Part shown: positions 59,107-64,000 of the stretch, piece after piece
How the letters are laid out: every line of letters begins with the position of its first letter
How positions within the stretch are numbered: position 1 is the first letter of the stretch
Assembly: GCA_964057225.1 (NCBI GenBank)
Contig: OZ059896.1
Span: 13,516,001 to 13,580,000 of the forward strand
Reading direction: 5' to 3'
DNA: 64,000 nucleotides
Source: Auanema rhodensis
Lineage: Eukaryota > Animalia > Nematoda
The notes under the pieces: model-generated
Told to the model about the DNA's origin: nothing
The model's database searches: none
The model's input: only the letters and a program-made list of their open reading frames with translations
Made by a program: the position numbers and the translations under genes

Positions 59107-62100
59107 ATATAAATATATTATATATGTATTCGACCCTTCGATATGCCTACACACAGGCGCAATCAATCATTTGAAAGTATTCATATGATCAAAAATATAG
59201 AAAAGGCGTTTTCCAAAAACTTTTTTTTTCAAAAACTTATCTTTTGTATGTGTTCTTATAAGATTTCCTACACACTCTCTATTGTAGACTATATTTTTCA
59301 TTTAAAATTAGTTATTTAATATAGAAATGTTATTATATTTATAGAGAATTATATGTATTTTGATGTCTATCATTATTCCAAAAAAACATTTTCTAAAAGA
59401 TATTATGAAATTAGCAATTGAAGCTTGGTCTCTTACTTAATTAATAAAAAAATAACGGTTAAGAAGAAAACAACTGATTTCCTAAAACAGAACGAGAAAA
59501 GTGATGGGAAAAAGACGGTAGAAGATAGAACATGATAATAGGCCAACTGGGGGTAAGAAAGCCTAAGCTGTCGTTGACCTGGGCAAGGTCAAACAAAATA
59601 AGAAAACGAGGGAGAAGACCGAAAATGGTTAAAAGGATTTTCTTCAATGTTATAAAGCCATGTGTCTAGCAGATGCTATGTAAATTCGTGTTGTCTGCGG
59701 ACATTATGTCATACCAATCGTATTTCGAATCGAAATTTATCGAAAATCATACAAATCTAGACGATGGGACAGAAGAAAAAAAATGATATTTTTCAATTAC
59801 AGATGAAATATAGATAATGATTTATAAACATTATTCATCAAGGATTAAGATATTATACATATATACTATGCTGTGCCTTTATATTTTAAAATATACTTGA
59901 AATCCACGTGAAATAATGATGCCATTTTACAGTGTGACGTTATGAAGATCGGTTGTAATTCGAATATCTCCAATTACGTACATGCATGCATTACTCATCC
60001 AAGTTCAACAACTATCGAAAGTTACTTTGGTATGTCTAAATAATCAAAAAAAAAAAAGAAGAAAAAACTTTTGTTATGTTATCTGATGAAAATGTTTTTC
60101 TTTTTCTTAATAATGGCAATGTTTTGGAGTATTCCACTTCTACTCTATTACTATTGCTGCTGTCTCTGCTTCTCTCTTTTCTTTTGCAAGTAGTTGTAGT
60201 TGTATGGAAGCTTTCAAGAGTTCTTTAGTTGCCATCATTGATCACATGTTAGCTTATAAGTCTTAAAATTCATTAAATTGCTTTAAAATAAGGTTTTAAA
60301 GGGTAAAGTGTATTGAGTTTGTTTTGATAACATTAGTTCAGTTATCAAGTCCTTAATAATAATTATAATAATAATAATAGTTCATTTTCTAGTATTATTG
60401 ATAAATGATAATTTATGACTTTTAACGTTTAAAAAAAAAGAAGAAAAAACAGCAATATGATGATAATGATGGTACTGGTACTGGTTTTTCCTTATACTTC
60501 ATCATTCACTATTTACTGTTATCCGAATATTTGTATGAATTACATCTTATGATGTAATGAACTTATAAATCAGATCAAAAATCATAAGTTAGTTAAATCA
60601 TTTCTTGAAATTTAGTTTAAAAATTAAAATAAAGTAATATTATACATACACATGTACGTATATGAGTAAAGAGAATACTTATAAATTCTGCAAGTATTTT
60701 ATTTTATTTATGAATTTAAGATAAAAAACACATCTATTAACATTATATTAAAAATAATATTTATAAAATTCTAAGGTGTTTGATAAATAAAGAAAAGAAT
60801 TCATGAAAGTTTTTGAGAAGTTAAGTTGATGAGATGGGAAAAAGCAGAGAAAAACATAAGAAATCCAGTTTTTCTTATGCTTTGGATATGCATACAGCTA
60901 ACAAACTTCAAGAAATAGCCTCATCATTTAATCTTTTTAGGTGAGAACTGAAGAGGAAGTAAGAACTAAGTATGTTCATTGTATTTCAAAACAAGTCAAG
61001 TAAATATGAATAGGATATTTGGGAAATACGTATAGTTTGAATAACATTGATGTGTGTTGAAATCAAGCCAAAAGAGTGTGAAAGAGAAGCTGTTAGATAT
61101 GAAAAAAATGATATTAAATTCTATACAAGTAATGTTGATTTTCAAGTTTTGATAATAATCTAAGTTTGCATGTCTGGCTAAAAAAGGAGGAAATTGTTTG
61201 AAGAAGAGGTTTTGAAGTGTTGGACCGACAGCGGAAGAATCGAGGGCAAAGTGTCCGTCCGGAAAATGGAATGACAATCCGGCGATCGGTAGGTTTACTA
61301 CCCATAGTCAGTGGTCGTTTTGCATTTTTTGTGGTCATAATCATGAAAAGAATGAGAAAGGAATAAGAATGAGAAAGTAAAGTGAATGAATCATGAAGGG
61401 AGAGAAGAATTATATGATATAGTTTGAGAATAATTTAAACATAAGAATAACATAATTAATCTTGATGAACGGATAATTCGTTGCTGATATGATGAATGCT
61501 GTAATCTAGTTTCACTATTCAGACGCTAGATACATCATTTCAGATCAAATAATATAACAATGAATTTGAAATTGAAAAGGAAAGATTAATTAGAAATAAA
61601 AATAGAAGAATAGTGAACTAGATGATAAGAATGGCAGTACTTCCATGGAATAAGAAATCTTGAAACTGAGAAAAGAGAGGAATGAAAAGATGCCAATATT
61701 CCCAGTTGACCCGTTGCATGCATGACTTTCAAACTGGAAAGAAAAATCTATCGCCTCCTATATATGTATAGTTATATTACAGCTGAAGCTTTTCTTTAAA
61801 ATTTTGATAATTTTAAAAAGAAAACGAAACGAAACAAAACGAAGTAATCTAGAAGTAAAAATCCAATTGAAAAGCAAGAAAAGAAATGTTTCGTTTTTTC
61901 TACTTTTAAACTTTCTCAATGTTTTTGAGAATAGAAAAGTTGTTTTCATGAGATATTGGTGAAGCTTCAATGCCTGGAATAGTAGAAAAAAGGATAAGAG
62001 AATAAGTGAAGTAAGACAGGAACTTAAAGCTAAAATTCTATTTCCAATCTTCTTCTTCAATTTGTTTCATGTTGTCTATTTCAACTGAGATAATGATTTG

Positions 62101-62502
62101 AAGTTTCAATCTTATAAGGTCTTTATATTATTTATTTTTGACAAAAAAATGAAAAATTTTTCACGTAATGTTCGAGAAATCGTATATTATCTGGAAAAAA
62201 TGAAATAAGTACTAGAGAAAAGTTTTGGAATTTTTCTAATTAATCCAAAAAAAAGTTTCTTTTCAAAATAAAATCCTCATATCCTTGTTGTCTTGATATA
62301 TCGTTATTGTCAAGTTTTATGTATGTGTACATGTGTTTGTTCTTTCAAATTGTTAAAGCTTTGATATATATAGAGAAAGAGGTAGATAGAGACATATATT
62401 TATTTTTTTCAGAATATTTATATAAGTTATTGACACGAAAATGAAAAAAAAAGAAAACCCGCAATATGTATCACTGGAGATGTTGTTTCAAACTTTCAAT
62501 AA

Positions 62503-62835
62503 CTACTGAAATCTTCGTGATGCTCCTGAAAAACATTGGCATTAGAATAACATTAAACAATATTTTTTACTAGTTGGTATTGGGGTTATGCCATGATGTT
62601 CCATCAATGGAGCTGATATTTGACGAACGAACGGATGTGGTGAAGTAGCTTGAATCCTCTTCATATCGAAAAATTGATCTTTTCTATCAGATGGAATTAT
62701 AACATCTATGAAAATAAAGATTATTTCTGTACAGAGAAAAAAAAGAAATTTAAAATTACCTGAATATGTGTTATAAAAAGATTGGACTAGAACAATGATC
62801 TGAATGAAAATCAGCAAGAATGCAAGAAAGTTCAT
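62503..62835 (-). CDS. Small secreted protein / candidate neuropeptide precursor, 77 aa, 3 exons
   Basis: Exons 62835-62760, 62705-62571 and 62525-62503 are separated by 54- and 45-nt GT-AG introns with compatible phases: MNFLAFLLIFIQIIVLVQSFYNTYSDVIIPSDRKDQFFDMKRIQATSPHPFVRQISAPLMEHHGITPIPTRASRRFQ*. It has a signal peptide and RK, KR and RR sites. An acceptor (TCTAATCAG) lies 3 nt before the ATG. Confidence 0.75.
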
Positions 62836-63880
62836 CGTCTGATTAGAAAATGCAGAAATAAAATTCTGCAATAAGAAACTTTGAAGAATATGTCGAATAT
62901 TTGAATTCTATAGAAATCAAGATAAAAGTCAATGAAAATAAAAATAAAATGCCATTTTGAGAGAAAATGAGATGAACAACCAACACTGAAATTCAATAAG
63001 TATTTACTTCGTTAGGAAGCAATAAAAGAAAAATTAGTTGTTGAGAACGTCAATACCAGTTTCAACTATCTTCACTTATTATCTTCTAAATCAATCGATA
63101 TAAATGATACAATTAAAGTCAGACTTGTTACATTACGCAAAAGGAGTAAATGGTTTTACTTTTTCAATAAGAATATAATTTGAAGAAAAGTTTTCAAGTA
63201 CAAAACAAGAGGGTTATGAACTGGTTTGCAGTGAAAATATAATTTTGGAACCTTTTTTGTCAAAGTTTCAAGTGTGAGAATAATGCATGTCAAAATCTTT
63301 TAAGCTTCTTCAACGTGTTTTTCCCACAGTTTTTCTGAAACTTTGACGTGATGCTTCACGTACTTCATTTTTGACTGGATATGAAGCAGTAAACGGTTGA
63401 ATGTTTCCAGTTTTTTATCTGGACCAACAGTTAAAAAGTTAGGGAAAATATTGTTTGATTGAAAAAAACTAGCTGGCAAAGAAGGTAGAAATTTGGAGGA
63501 ACTGTTTTACGTAATATACAAATGTAATAGATCATAACCCACTTTTACCAGTCAACGATTAAAGTTATTCTTTACAATAGCCAAAAGAATCAATTGGTTG
63601 ACTCAAATAATTATTGTGAAATGAATGAAAGAAAGAATAAGTAGGTTCAAATATACAAAAGTGAAGGGCAAAACAAGGGAGGGAGGATGACTGAGGAAAG
63701 GGGTGTGCCACAGATTCCGAAAACTGTGTCAACTGAGAATGCAAACGAGGCAAGAAACCAGGAAAAGAAATCTTATATTCTAATTTCATACAAATCTTGT
63801 GTTTCCAGCAGACAGTAGAATAGGAAAGAAAATCTCGACTTGTTATTACGTTTTTCAAAGTATTCAAACTATTTCCGCCA

Positions 63881-63916
63881 TTATAAGTTTTCGGCCAACC
63901 TGTTGGTCACTTCATA
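63881..63916 (-). CDS. Possible short last exon of a gene entering from beyond the window end
   Basis: A TCAG acceptor is followed by YEVTNRLAENL* and then pyrimidine-rich, 3'UTR-like sequence. It cannot be verified within this window. Confidence 0.25.
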   Translation of the reverse strand, partial: YEVTNRLAENL

Positions 63917-64000
63917 CTGACAGATTGTCAAATAACACCGACAGTAAGTAAATGATTCTCAGCCTATTCGTTAGATATTGATATTGGTTATGACTGCAAA

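Overview
Eukaryotic, AT-rich DNA from a nematode, most likely a rhabditid. The basis is 38-55 nt GT-AG introns, TTTCAG-type acceptors just before start codons, and proteins closely resembling C. elegans MBK-2, AMT-2, PLX-2, UFD-1 and IFTA-2. I spliced 11 protein-coding genes by hand: a CYSTM-type Pro/Cys-rich protein (-), a degenerate pseudokinase (+), GTPBP10/Obg GTPase (-), UCKL1 (+), UFD1 (+, probably in an operon with UCKL1), IFT22/ifta-2 (-, with an X-box), plexin plx-2 (+), a Sulfotransfer_2-family protein with degenerate motifs (-), amt-2 (+), DYRK2/mbk-2 (-), and a 77-aa secreted neuropeptide-precursor-like gene (-). The best new signals are: an apparently duplicated alternative terminal exon (possibly two) downstream of IFT22 that would swap its last helix and tail; the neuropeptide-like gene; an intact kinase-fold gene lacking all catalytic motifs; RFX X-boxes inside a mbk-2 intron; a candidate 9-nt microexon; and frequent AAG 3' splice sites. 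I recognised no tRNA, rRNA, CRISPR array or intact transposon. The 51-62 kb region remains largely unexplained. All homology calls are from memory of the families, not from searches.
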